DNA of 64,000 bases from Moniliella sp. 'wahieum' (lineage: Eukaryota): assembly GCA_003971905.1 (NCBI GenBank), contig RSEE01000012.1, positions 496,001 to 560,000 of the forward strand. Direction: 5' to 3'. Positions 24,300 through 34,940 of the stretch are shown one piece after another; position 1 is the first letter of the stretch; the number at the start of each line of letters is the position of its first letter. Under the pieces are notes generated by a model. The model did not search any database. It saw only the letters and a list, made by a program, of their open reading frames with translations, and had not been told where the DNA came from. The translations under genes were made by a program, and so were the position numbers.

Positions 24300-25934
24300 A
24301 GCATGCATGCATCCGGCCTCGCTTTCGCGTCGCGCGCCTTGGACGCGGCCGTGTCGACGCGGACATACTCGGCCTCTTCCCTGCCCTTGGGATCCTCCGA
24401 CGCGGGCAGGACCGACGAGTAGACGTCGCCCAGGATGCCCAGCGCTTGCGCCCGCAGGCGCTGCGTTTCTTTGCTGGCCGTCTCGTCGTACAATACCTTC
24501 TCTGCCACATCGCGAATCACACTCTCCACCTCCCACTTGGCCCCCTTGAACATTGCCCTGGTCAGCTTGGCCGCGGCCTCTTGCTCCAGCTCTTGCTTGC
24601 GCGCCTCCGTAATGCCTTCCGCCTCTGCTTTGCTGATTTCCTCGTACACCCGCTTAGGTCAAGTGCTGCCCGCACCGCCGACATTGTCTCCCGCAGCGTG
24701 TGCACCCCACTCGACGCCCCATGCAGCATCCCGCCCAGGGCACCCCACATGCCTACACTGGCAAGGTAGTGCTTGGACTTGGCCGTGTACTGCCCCCCGA
24801 CTGCATGAAGCAGCTCACACCAAAGCTGTACAACAAAGGAACCAATCAGTACAGTTCACAACGTGGAGAGACAAGGTACCCACTTTTCGTCCCGTAGAAG
24901 GAGTGCCTTCTCCGTTTCAATCTTCTCAAAGCTCTCCGAGATGGCCCGCTGGTGGGAAGGATCATCAGAGGTCCTCATGGCCTCGGTGTATACATTGAGC
25001 TTGGAGATAAGGGTGTCCGCCAACTCGGCACCCTTGCCTTGCGAGCAGCCGCGCGGGCATCAGCCGTCTTGCGTTCCCGCTCCTCCTTGGCGGCCTTGAC
25101 AGCCGCTCGGCCTCCTTGCGCGCAAGGTCCTTGTCCTTCCCGTCTGCTTCGCCTTGGCTTGAGCCTCAGCAATCGCCTCATTGGATTCGGCTTCCATCTC
25201 CTCGTTCTGCATCGCGTCCTTCATATCGGCCACGATTGAGAGGGTACCAATGATGTCCTTGAATCGTTCGCCGCCAAACAACTGCCCAAAGACCTCCTCT
25301 GGGTCGACGGTAGCAGCGCCCTCCCCGTCGCATCCTCCCCCACTTGAGACATGCCAAACTCATTGTAGCGCGTACGCAGCTCCGGGTCCTTGAGCACATG
25401 GTACGCAGTAGCAAGTGCTTTAAACTTCTCGGCCGCTTGAGCGTCCCTGGGTTCTTGTCCGGGTGGAGTTGGATGGCCCGCTTGCGGTACGCACGTTTGA
25501 TTTCATGCGGTAGCAGAAGCTTTGATACCCAAAGCATCGTAGTAGGTCATGTCTAGCGGCGACTCGTCCGTCCCGATCCGCCGGGTCCGCTTGCCGGAAG
25601 ATTGCTGTCCACTCGACCCGGCTCCCGGTTTGCCCGCGGAAGCGCGTGCCTCGCGCACCCGCGCCACCGCCCCCGGCGGCTCAAACTTGGTCCCACACGA
25701 ACAACACTGCACTTGGAACGATCCTTGCATCGGGCCCACGTGGGCCTGCAACGCCGCTGCGCTGGCCGCGCATATTCCACCGACGCCTTGCACGTCTTGA
25801 CGGGACAGGGACCCGCACCCACTCCACATCCGCCGGGCGGCTCGGCACAGTCCAGTTTGCCATTCGCAGACGAGTAGCTGTACCCCGCTGCGGGTGTGTG
25901 GGCATTCAGCACCGGGCGTACACCCGCTACTCAT
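24300..25934 (-). CDS. Djp1/Caj1-like DnaJ protein (J domain + DnaJ-X domain); 3' end approximate
   Basis: MTYYDALGI, EIKRAYRKRAIQLHPDKNP (HPD motif), FGGERFKDIIG, AMFKGAKWEVESVIRDVAEKVL...RLRAQALGILG. Confidence 0.9.
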
Positions 25935-26719
25935 TGCTGCGCCAGAAGGAGAGCGATGGTCGACGGTCGATGGGCAGTGGCGCCGATGCAGCAGGGGTGT
26001 CGTCGGCCAAGCCGGGTGGCGCGTGCGTGAGAGATAAAATAGTGGGCGGAATGGCCCGTTCCGCTTGCTGCCCGCCTGCAGGGGGGCAGTGTCGGGGGGC
26101 TCTGGGCTCGAGGGGCAGCCGCAGAACAGCAGTGTGGCAAGATGATGATTGTGGATGGGAAGGGCCAGGCCAGTGTTTGAAATTTGAGAGTGACGAAAGG
26201 TGAAAGTTGAAACTGGGGCCCTTGAAAGGGGGTTTTGGCCTATTAACGGCATTCTGATGGTCTGAGGTCTAGCTTCCAGCCTCATCGACGTCAACGGCAC
26301 CGACCACCCCCCAATCAACGTCAAACGCGTCAGCATGCATAGCAGCAACGCGATGTACTCCACAGGAGCAGCCCTGCCTAATGAGGGAGAGAAAACTGCC
26401 ATATTTTTTCGGGGGTCAGGGTCGGATATACAAGAGGCAGGGGCAACATGATATCGACCAGGAGGCAGTTTGGCTGGCATGCCCCCCAGCGTACCAGTGA
26501 TGGGCAGGGAGGGGGGCCGAGGAGAAGAGGGAGGAGAGGGGAGGAGCGTATAGAGAAGGGGAGGATATTACGTGGAGATGAGGACATAGGAGAGTGAGAG
26601 TGAAAGACAAGGGGAGCCCACGTTCCTCCACAAAGAAGAAATCAGATGGACACAGGCAGCCCTTTTGAAAAGTCGCGGGCGATGGAAGGGGTAAATGGCG
26701 CAGACAGCTCCAAAGTGAT

Positions 26720-28226
26720 GTTGTAGCAAGAAATTACTTCGAACCGGAGGTGCTGAGGAGGGCGTGCATGTTGCTGAGGATGCCCAAAGCCTGGCCGGTG
26801 GCCTGTTGTGCAGGGCTTTCTGGCGGGAAAGCGCTGGCCGGTGCGGGCTTGTGTGCCCAAGGGAAGGGAAGGTACTCCTGCAAGTATTCAAATGCGACCA
26901 GTGTCGCCCCAAATTGGGGCGACGAGCGCAGGACGCGAGCAAGAGACCCTTGAAGAATGCTTTGGGCCCCTCTTGCGCCAGGATCTTGCGGAAGCAGTCG
27001 GCCATGCCGTTGTACGTGGCTTGTCCCTTACGAGCCTCAACTTGCAAGCGTGTCTTGATCACGTCCGCAGAGTGGTGAAGAAGGCGGCAGGCATACCACT
27101 GATGGCCGCAGCGGCAAGCGTCTCCCCAAAGCTCAGACGTTTCCCATTCACTCCCTCTGGAAGGTGTCCTTCTTGAGATGGGCGTAAGCAGGGAAGTAGA
27201 TCGCGCTGAAAGGAATGTCACGCAAGAGGCACGCCCCAGCGCCCTTGTACAGGCCTTTCAGGCCCAGGTCGCGCACAATCTGCACCGCGCCCTGCTTGAC
27301 GGGAGCCGCAGCACTTTCGGCCGCCTTGGCCATCTCACCTGAACCTGCAGACGAATTTTGACAATCTGCGGGAGCAAGGAACAGTCAGAAACAACGAACA
27401 AAAGTTAAACAGACCCAGAAAAACAGTTAGCCATACCGAGGGGATTAGTAAAAATGACTTGGCAGCCACCAGCCGTGCCACCGGCGACAAGCTCCCACTT
27501 GAATGCAATTGCGCCCGTAACGGGTCCTTTGTCTTGGACCGAACCAGGTCGTTGACCGTCAGCTTGATCGCCTTCTCGGGTGCCACGCCAATTAGCTGAG
27601 GCCCTAAACCCGAGTAGAAGCCAAGCAAACCCTCGTTGCGAAACACCTGGCGCACGCAATCGACACTATTCTTGTACATCGGCGCCTCGCCAACAACGGT
27701 GGTACGTTGGTTCTGCATCCGTGTCTTGACCAGATCAATGGGGTACACCAGCGTTGCGCCGACTGAACCGGCAATACCACCGAGAATAAAGTGGTAAATG
27801 GAATGACCGACATCGTACAGCAGCGACTGGGCAGACTCGTGGGACAGATCATGCTGTTTGGGCGCATGATCCAACGCCACCAGCTCACCCTCAGCGTCGA
27901 CGTGGGCGGCAGGGAGCTCGCCCGACGAGGAGCTTGCTGGCGCACCAGCCGGCGACGCGTTGAAGTCGTCCGAGATGGTGAGCTGGTGCACCACATCGCT
28001 GTCGCCCTGTTTAGCTTGCGGGTCAACGGCCAAGGCCTGGTAGGTCAGCAGCCCACTTGGGGCAGTGCGGGCGAGCTGGCGGTAGGCCTCGATCTGTTGG
28101 ACGAGCTCGGGAGAGGAGTGGGGGGGGGTGCGAAGCGTGGCGCGGATAAAAAGGGGCGGTCGGACCGGGTGCCGGGCTGTCACACGCCAGCGACGGCCGC
28201 CAAAGCGGGGGAATGAGGGACGACAT
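26720..28226 (-). CDS. AGC1: Mitochondrial aspartate/glutamate carrier (Agc1/aralar-like)
   Basis: [30 protein letters not shown]...[76 protein letters not shown]. Intron 27366-27436. Confidence 0.9.
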
Positions 28227-29160
28227 GGGAAGGGAGGCACGGGTGGTGGTGGGTGGGTGGGGAGAGGAGGAGGGGGGACGGGGAGGGGGACGGGGATGTG
28301 GGGGTGGGTCGGCGGGTACAAGGTGCGTGGCTGGGTGCACTGCTGTGGCCGGGAGCTGGGCGAGGGGCTGGCGCTGATCGCTGATCTGCTGGATTCCAGC
28401 GGCGGGACCGCGGGGGAAACAGGGAGGCTAAGTCCGCCTGGGACGGGGCAGTGTGCATCTCCGCCCACGGCGCCTGCGGGGTGTCGCGCCTCAGGAGCGC
28501 CCGAGTGAAGCATGAAGCTGCTAGTGACAGTGACTAGTGACTGCTCCTGAAACCAGGCACTCGTGGCTGCTGGAGGCGTGCGGGCGCTGCTTTGTCCGTC
28601 CTGGTCGGCGGGAACCAATTACCCGCACAATGTGACTCTCCCTGCGGCTCCGGCTTGTCCCGGCTTCGCAGCTGGCCTGCGGCGTCCTGGCCTCTCCCCG
28701 CCTGGCCCTCCTGGCGCCGGGCTGTCCGGTTGGCGCAGACCATGTGCCATGGCCGCCGAAGCGCCCGAAGCTCAGCGGCTCAGCTCAGCGCGCTCAGCGT
28801 TATTGAGGCTCAACACGCTCAGCTCTCCGTACCCAGCGCTGTGCACCGCTCTGCGCCACGGTAAAATGTTCAGACACGTTGGCACCAAACCACACGCCGG
28901 CAGTCACCTGCTGCGGCCTGCCTACTCCCCTGCACCATGCGGTTTCAATTCCAAACATTCATTCAGCGATAATCGGAGGCATGGCAGGCACAGCAGCGCA
29001 CAGCTGCAACCCTCAGCGTCTCAATCCTCTGGGGCCCCGCATTGCTGAGCTCAGCTGAACTGCTCCATTCATATCACGATCACTAGATCCCTATCTAGCT
29101 TCCCTCCTCGTTGATCAGCCCGAGGGCTCCCAGCAGCGACACTTGCCCGCTCCTTTTCGA

Positions 29161-31330
29161 ATCCATATCATTGACAGAGCTTAAGGCTGGGACAGGGGGA
29201 ACGCTACGTCTAAACCGAACCGTTCATCTTGCGGGGGTTACTTGGAAGCGCCACTAAGGTCAAGAGGGACCAGGGGGATTGCCAGGTGTAAGCCAGGCTA
29301 AACGAAGTTCCAGCTATGATGCATGGTGTTCTCCACTGTCAATCAAAACATGCTTGAGACTTGAAGATTGACGCTAGCTTGACGCCGCAACCGACCCAAT
29401 GCCTAACAGGCCTAACGCCTAACGCCGCCTTAAAGCCTCAAACAACGCCAAACGCCTAGTGCACATACCATGTTTGACACTGTCGAGATGACATATCCAC
29501 ACCCTGTCCCATCCATACCATTGCTACCACCCCCAATTACGACCCGGCGGTTGATTGGACGCCAGCTTGCCAACCCGCCTTCGACGACCTCAAGAGCACC
29601 TTCCCTTCTCCCCATGATGTCTCATTTGCCTCTTTGATCCCGGTCGGGCGCTCCGCATCGAGGCGGACGCATCCCCCATGCCGCCTTTAGTCGGGTACAC
29701 AGTGCTGTGGCCATGCAGGACGACAGAACCTGCCGTACTGGTTGCTCGCAATGCTCTGCTCCCGAAATCGCTTATTGTTGTCCCGCCGCCCCGACATCTC
29801 CTCCGGCTCTCACCCTGTCGACGCTGCCTGCCAAACGTTGTTGGATCCTGTGTCCGAGCTTTGGTACTCGTGCTCCAGCTCACGTCCATACAGTCAGGCC
29901 GATCCGTGGATGGGATGGTGGCGCTTTTGTCGGCCGACAGCGCATTCGCGACTTGAGTCCCGAGACCCCCGTTGGACAGTGTCGCGACATCCCCACGACC
30001 TCCTCTCCATGCTCGGCTGTCCTTTCCCACCGGCACTTGACTCGGCGCAGGCAGAAAATGAAGGGCGTGACAAAAGGCTCGGCTACGTGCCCGGTCGCGA
30101 TATTGGTGGCGCCGCCTGCCGCGGTCAATGTGTGGGCATTTGAGCGCTCTTGCAACCGTTGTCGGCCGACCAAAATGCTGAGGCGTTTCTCTCGCCGGAT
30201 TACTACAACCCCTGGCCTCACCCTCAAGGCCTGTGGACTCACTTGGCGATTGGCCGCTTCACCCCGCTGCCATCATCGAGAGGGTGCGATGTGGCCCTGG
30301 TCGTGGCGGACGGGTTCACCAAGATGACGCATTTTATCCCTGCTCTCACTGCCGCGGCTTTTGCTCGCGGCTATGTTTACCACGTCACCCGCTACCATGG
30401 CCTGCCGCACGACGTGGTGTGCGACCGTGATCCCACCTTCACGATCACTTTTTGAGGGTGGGGGGGGGGGCAGTGCAGTGACTTGGGCATCCACTCGAAC
30501 TTCAGTACCGTGCGTGTATCACCATCAATCGGCCGGAACCAGTCCGAGTTTCACCAGCTTTTCCAGTAGTACCTCTGTTTTGCTACCTGGATGAGCGGTA
30601 GTCGAGCTGGACTGCTCTTCTCCACATGGCTGAGTTGGTATAACTCTTCCCCCCACTTCATACAGGACAGGTGCATCCCCCTTTTTCCATACACATGATA
30701 ATATGGTTTTACTCTCCCCCCGGGAGTTAGCGGCAACCTCTTCGGTCGTGCCCGGCACCGCCTTGTATCCCGATGGTTTCCGTTCGGCCCAGACCTAATT
30801 CAGAAGACGTTGTCGCAGCCCATGAACGGTATCTCGGTACTACGCTGATCGGCATCGCACCGATGTCACCTCCTTTGAAGTCAGGCAACCGTTCTTGTTC
30901 CGTCGCCATGACTATACTTTTATCCCCCGACCGCCCTTCCGACGGAGTGGACTGTCGCTACGTGTGACCCTTTCCAAACGTCTGTGTTGCCGGACGTGCT
31001 GCGTACTAACTTCACGTGCCCGATGGGCTCCATATCCACGATGTCTTCCATCTCTCCTCCCGTTTGCGCGCCCACACTCCAGGCGATGAGGTCTCTAACC
31101 GCTTGATCAAGCTCCCTGCCTCCCTCCTTGAGTATACCGACGATGAGGCGATTCACCATGAGGTCCAGGAAGTCCTTGGCTCCCACCGTAAAGGCTGAGG
31201 CGGGAGTTTTGAGTATTGTGTCCGTTTCAGGACGTACCCTGTCCACGAGCGGGGGTGGGTGCCACAACTGCAGACATGTCCCAGAATGCATAACTCCGTC
31301 CAGTCGTCTGTTTCTATGCGACGTAGCCCG
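29161..31330 (+). mobile_element. Decayed Ty3/gypsy chromovirus remnant (LTR end/leader, RNase H, integrase, chromodomain)
   Basis: FDPGRALRIEADAS (RNase H); LPSSRGCDVALVVADGFTKMTHFIP...HGLPHDVVCDRDPTF, YHHQSAG, W..LLHMAEL..NSS..GASPF (integrase); LHIHDVFHLS and EVQEVLGSHR..EYCVRF..Y (chromodomain). Many stops, frameshifts and deletions. Confidence 0.9.
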
Positions 31331-32078
31331 CCAAGCCGGTGTTGCGCCAACGCGGGTGGCTCGTGTGTTTTGGCCAACGCCCCTTCAGTCCCTCCTCCGG
31401 CTAGGAGTTCCGTTGTTTCTCGCTCCAGTTTTGCATGGTCCGCAGCCTAGACTCTAGCACACGCCAGTCAATTCGCGTAATTCCATCGGTCTTGACATCC
31501 GTCAAGAATTTGACCACTCCAACCTCAATCGGAGCACGTTTATGGTACAAAGTTGTTCTCGACCAACCGAGGACGTAAAGGCTACTCTGACGTCCAACAG
31601 AAGGCTGGATTAGAATAGCGAGAGAGGGTCAGAGTGAAACTTGGATATCCTCCGCGGCGGCGGCCACATCTGGTCGCACAAGCTCATTGGGGTAAGATGC
31701 TTTAATTGTGCCCATCTCGCACCTATACAAACGCCGTTGGAGTGGCCAAAAGACGCCGCTCTCCCCAGAAGGCCCCCCCATCCAAAGTGAAGCTGGCGTG
31801 TTGCAACAATTGAGGGGCATATTTCTGGAATCGGATGTTATTTCGGAGCTGAGAAATAGCACTCCATGGGTGGGAAAACAGGGCGGAGACGTGCCCGACG
31901 GTGTACGGTTATATGTGTCCTCTCACTCTGTGCAGGCATGGCGCCAGTTTGGGCGTGGTGATATTCGTGTTGGAAGAGTGCTAAGTCCGTGCGCACGAAC
32001 CTTCTCCGGTCGGTGGATGGAAAAGACAGTTGTCTCGCCACCCCGCCGTCTTCTTCCTTCCACCATCGCATTCCCGTT

Positions 32079-33297
32079 ATGTCTGCCCGTGCCCCCCAGA
32101 CTGCTCTCCGTGCCGCTCAGCGTGTTGGGCTTACCCGCATCGCAGCCCCCCGTTCGGCTCCCCTTGCTCGTACCCTCAGCACCCTTGTCGCCGGCGGTGC
32201 CCGTGCTGCCCGCCCGGCCATGCGTGCCGCTGCTCCTACTCTGTCCGGGGTATGCGCACCATGAAGTTTGCTGACACGGAGGAGACCGTTTACGAACGTT
32301 CTGACTGGCCGACGGAGAAGCTCCAGAGCTACTTCAAGGACGACACGTTTGCCGTTATTGGCTACGGGTCGCAGGGCTACGCCCAGTCGCTCAACCTGCG
32401 TGACAATGGCCTGAACGTTATTGTTGGCGTTCGTGAGGGTGGCCGCTCCTGGAAGGAGGCGCAAGAAGACGGTTACGTTCCCGGAAAGACCCTCTTCCCT
32501 ATTGAGGAGGCCATCAACAAGGGCACGATCATCATGAACCTTCTCTCGGATGCTGCCCAGTCGGAGCTGTGGCCGAAGATTGCCCCCCTCATCAAGCCCG
32601 GCAAGACGCTCTCTCGCACGGCTTTTCGGTTGTGTTCAAGGATGACACTCACGTTGTGCCCCCCAAGGATGTGGATGTGATTCTTTGCGCTCCCAAGGGC
32701 TCGGGCCGTACCGTACGCAGCCTCTACCTGGAAGGCAAGGGAATCAACTCTTCGGTCGCTGTGTACCAGGACGTGACGGGCAAGGCTCTGGAGAAGGCGG
32801 GTCGCTACCGGTATTGCCGTTGGGTCGGGGTACATTTACGAGACTACCTTTGAGAAGGAGGTGTACTCGGACCTGTACGGCGAGCGTGGCGCGCTCATGG
32901 CGGTATTCAGGGCATGTTCAAGGCCCAGTACGATGTGCTGCGTGAAACGGCCACTCGCCCTCGGAGGCTTTCAATGAGACGGTGGAGGAGGCGCTCCAGT
33001 CGCTCTACCCCCTCGTGGGCGAGCACGGCATGGATTACATGTACAAGGCCTGCTCCACCACCGCCCGCCGTGGCGCCCTGGACTGGGCCCCCGAGTTTGA
33101 GAGGCCAACAAGCCCGTGTTTGAGCGCCTCTACGCTTCGGTCCGCAAGGGCGATGAAACGCGCCGCACGCTCGAGTTTGCCTCGCGTCCCACGTACCGTG
33201 AGGACTATGACAAGGAGACGGATGCGATCGCCGACCAAGAGATGTGGCGGTTGGCCACACTGTCCGTGCTCTCCGCCCTGACCGCCAGAACAAGTAA
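32079..33297 (+). CDS. ILV5: Ketol-acid reductoisomerase, mitochondrial
   Basis: Arg/Ala-rich presequence, ETVYERSDWP, AVIGYGSQGYAQSLNLRDNGLNVIVG, APKGSGRTVRSL, EEALQSLYPLVG..GMDYMYKACSTTARRGALDW; stop TAA at 33295. Confidence 0.97.
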
Positions 33298-33436
33298 GGT
33301 TGGGTACAGTCGGATGCACCCATCTCTTTCGGGATCTCTTCCCCTCTTCTAAAACGCCCGGCATGGTTGCCCGTGGAAATAATATCTTTGAAGATTTGAG
33401 TGCATTCCCGTAGTCTGGTATCTGATGTCTGTCATT

Positions 33437-34091
33437 TCAGTCCACTATAGGTGTGCCAGCATTGGTCAAACGCTGGCTCCCCGGCGCTTCTGACCATTTG
33501 GGCAGGTCGTCATTGACATCGACCGTGCGATAGGCGTAGAACTGGTGCATGGTCGGTGCAAAGTGTTCGAGGCCAAGCAATTCACCTTCGGGGTGCTGAG
33601 GCGTTGGGTCCGCGCTCAAGGGTTGTGGGCCAAAGGGAGTAACTGAGAAGAAGGAAAGGAGCAGGTTGGTCAGCCCATCGCACTTTTAGGGTGAAGATTG
33701 TGCGCACCCTCCCTTGACGCGACTCCAAGTCCCAAGGGGCGAGCCGCACTTGCGGCAGCGCAGCTTCCACTTGCGCCCAGGCTTGGACATCCAGTTTCCA
33801 CCCGATCACCGAGGAAGGCAGCAAGGAATTCGGGTTGTAACTTCATCAGGCAGTGAATCGGGCACGGCGGGGGGCGGGGGGCCCGTGGCGCCGAGCCACT
33901 GGACCGCAGATGCCTTCCAATGGCTCGTCCAGATGTAGGGAGCGCCATTGATGCGTGCACAGGAGGTGCAGTGACACGCCCGCGCAGCGTCGCTCAGGCA
34001 CATCGGGCAAGGTGAGGGTCACCGAGTACCGGGCATAGCCACAGGCACAGTGCCCATGCACTTGGATTCGATCGGCATCGGATCCTGACAT
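33437..34091 (-). CDS. GFA / CENP-V (Mss4-like) zinc-binding protein
   Basis: HGHCACGYARY, CHCTSCARINGAPY, TMHQFYAYRTVDVNDDLPKW. Confidence 0.85.
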
Positions 34092-34317
34092 GGCAATCGA
34101 ACGGCAGGGCGTTGGCGTTGAGTGTGGGGGGTGAGAGAGAGGGGTAAAGTCACCTGGCCGTAACAAGAATGATGGAGAGCGGAGGCGGATGAGTGATCGA
34201 TGATCTCAGCGGTAATTGCGGAACTGAGGCGCTCAGGACAGCCTCATCAGACTAGCTGAGCTCAGCCGGCCTGAGTACTACTGTGGTCCCCAAGGAGCTT
34301 CCTGTATTCATATGTTA

Positions 34318-34700
34318 CTAGAGGACCACCCGGGCCTACGGCCCGGAATGCGTACTCCTCATGCTTTTACCGTGTCTGTACTGAAGGGCTGGGGCTTCGC
34401 CCCAGCCTTCCTCTGTGTTGGTTGCGGACACCCACGGCCATCTTTCCCCCTGGTCCACCGTTCCATAGGCCTCTTTCCCCACTCGTCCCCGCTGTCCACC
34501 GGTCCATCGTCAAAGCGACTCCAGCACGCGACAGGGAACCGTCCCAAAGCAGGGAGATGGTAGGGTTAGGTGGATTTATCCTTTAGTTCCATATCCGAGT
34601 ACCCATCAAAATCCGCCAACAACCCTACTGCTCTCCTGCCTGCATGTGACGGGGGGGAGGCTTGCTGCGCCAGCTGGCTAATAATCGGGCATATCACACC
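34318..34700 (-). mobile_element. Helitron-like element, copy 3 (longer; 5' end uncertain)
   Basis: Minus strand: GGCTGGGGC-GAA-GCCCCAGCC hairpin, then CCGGGCC-GTA-GGCCCGG GTGGTCCT CTAG|T. This is a canonical Helitron 3' terminus shared with copies 1 and 2. Confidence 0.7.
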
Positions 34701-34703
34701 TAA

Positions 34704-34940
34704 ATGGCACCTAAGTCGCGTCGACGCGTCCCTCCTCCCTCCTTAAATGCCCCTACCCGTGCTCACTGGCGGTGCCCCCATTGCCGCACCAGTGACCACA
34801 CTCGCGCCCAGTGTTCCTTCAATCCACGCCGAGAGTTGTGCCGCCACTGCCGTCGCCATGGCCACAAGGCTGCCGCCTGCGGTAGTTTCGGGTTTGGGCT
34901 ATTTGATGGATCCAAGCCGAGGAGAAGCCTTTGGGCGTGA
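34704..34940 (+). other. Short ORF with two CCHC zinc knuckles (gag-like / TE-derived fragment)
   Basis: CPHCRTSDHTRAQC and CRHCRRHGHKAAAC, both exact CX2CX4HX4C. Confidence 0.6.

Noticed and set aside
28228..28320. G-run tract as a special G-quadruplex element
   Set aside because: It is the complement of the C/T-rich leader commonly found just upstream of fungal start codons, as seen at other genes here.
34313..34698. TGTTA...ATATCACA read as a solo LTR (likewise TGTTAT at 39686)
   Set aside because: No TSD, and similarity among the three copies ends at CTNG|T, inside the supposed LTR start. The Helitron interpretation fits better.
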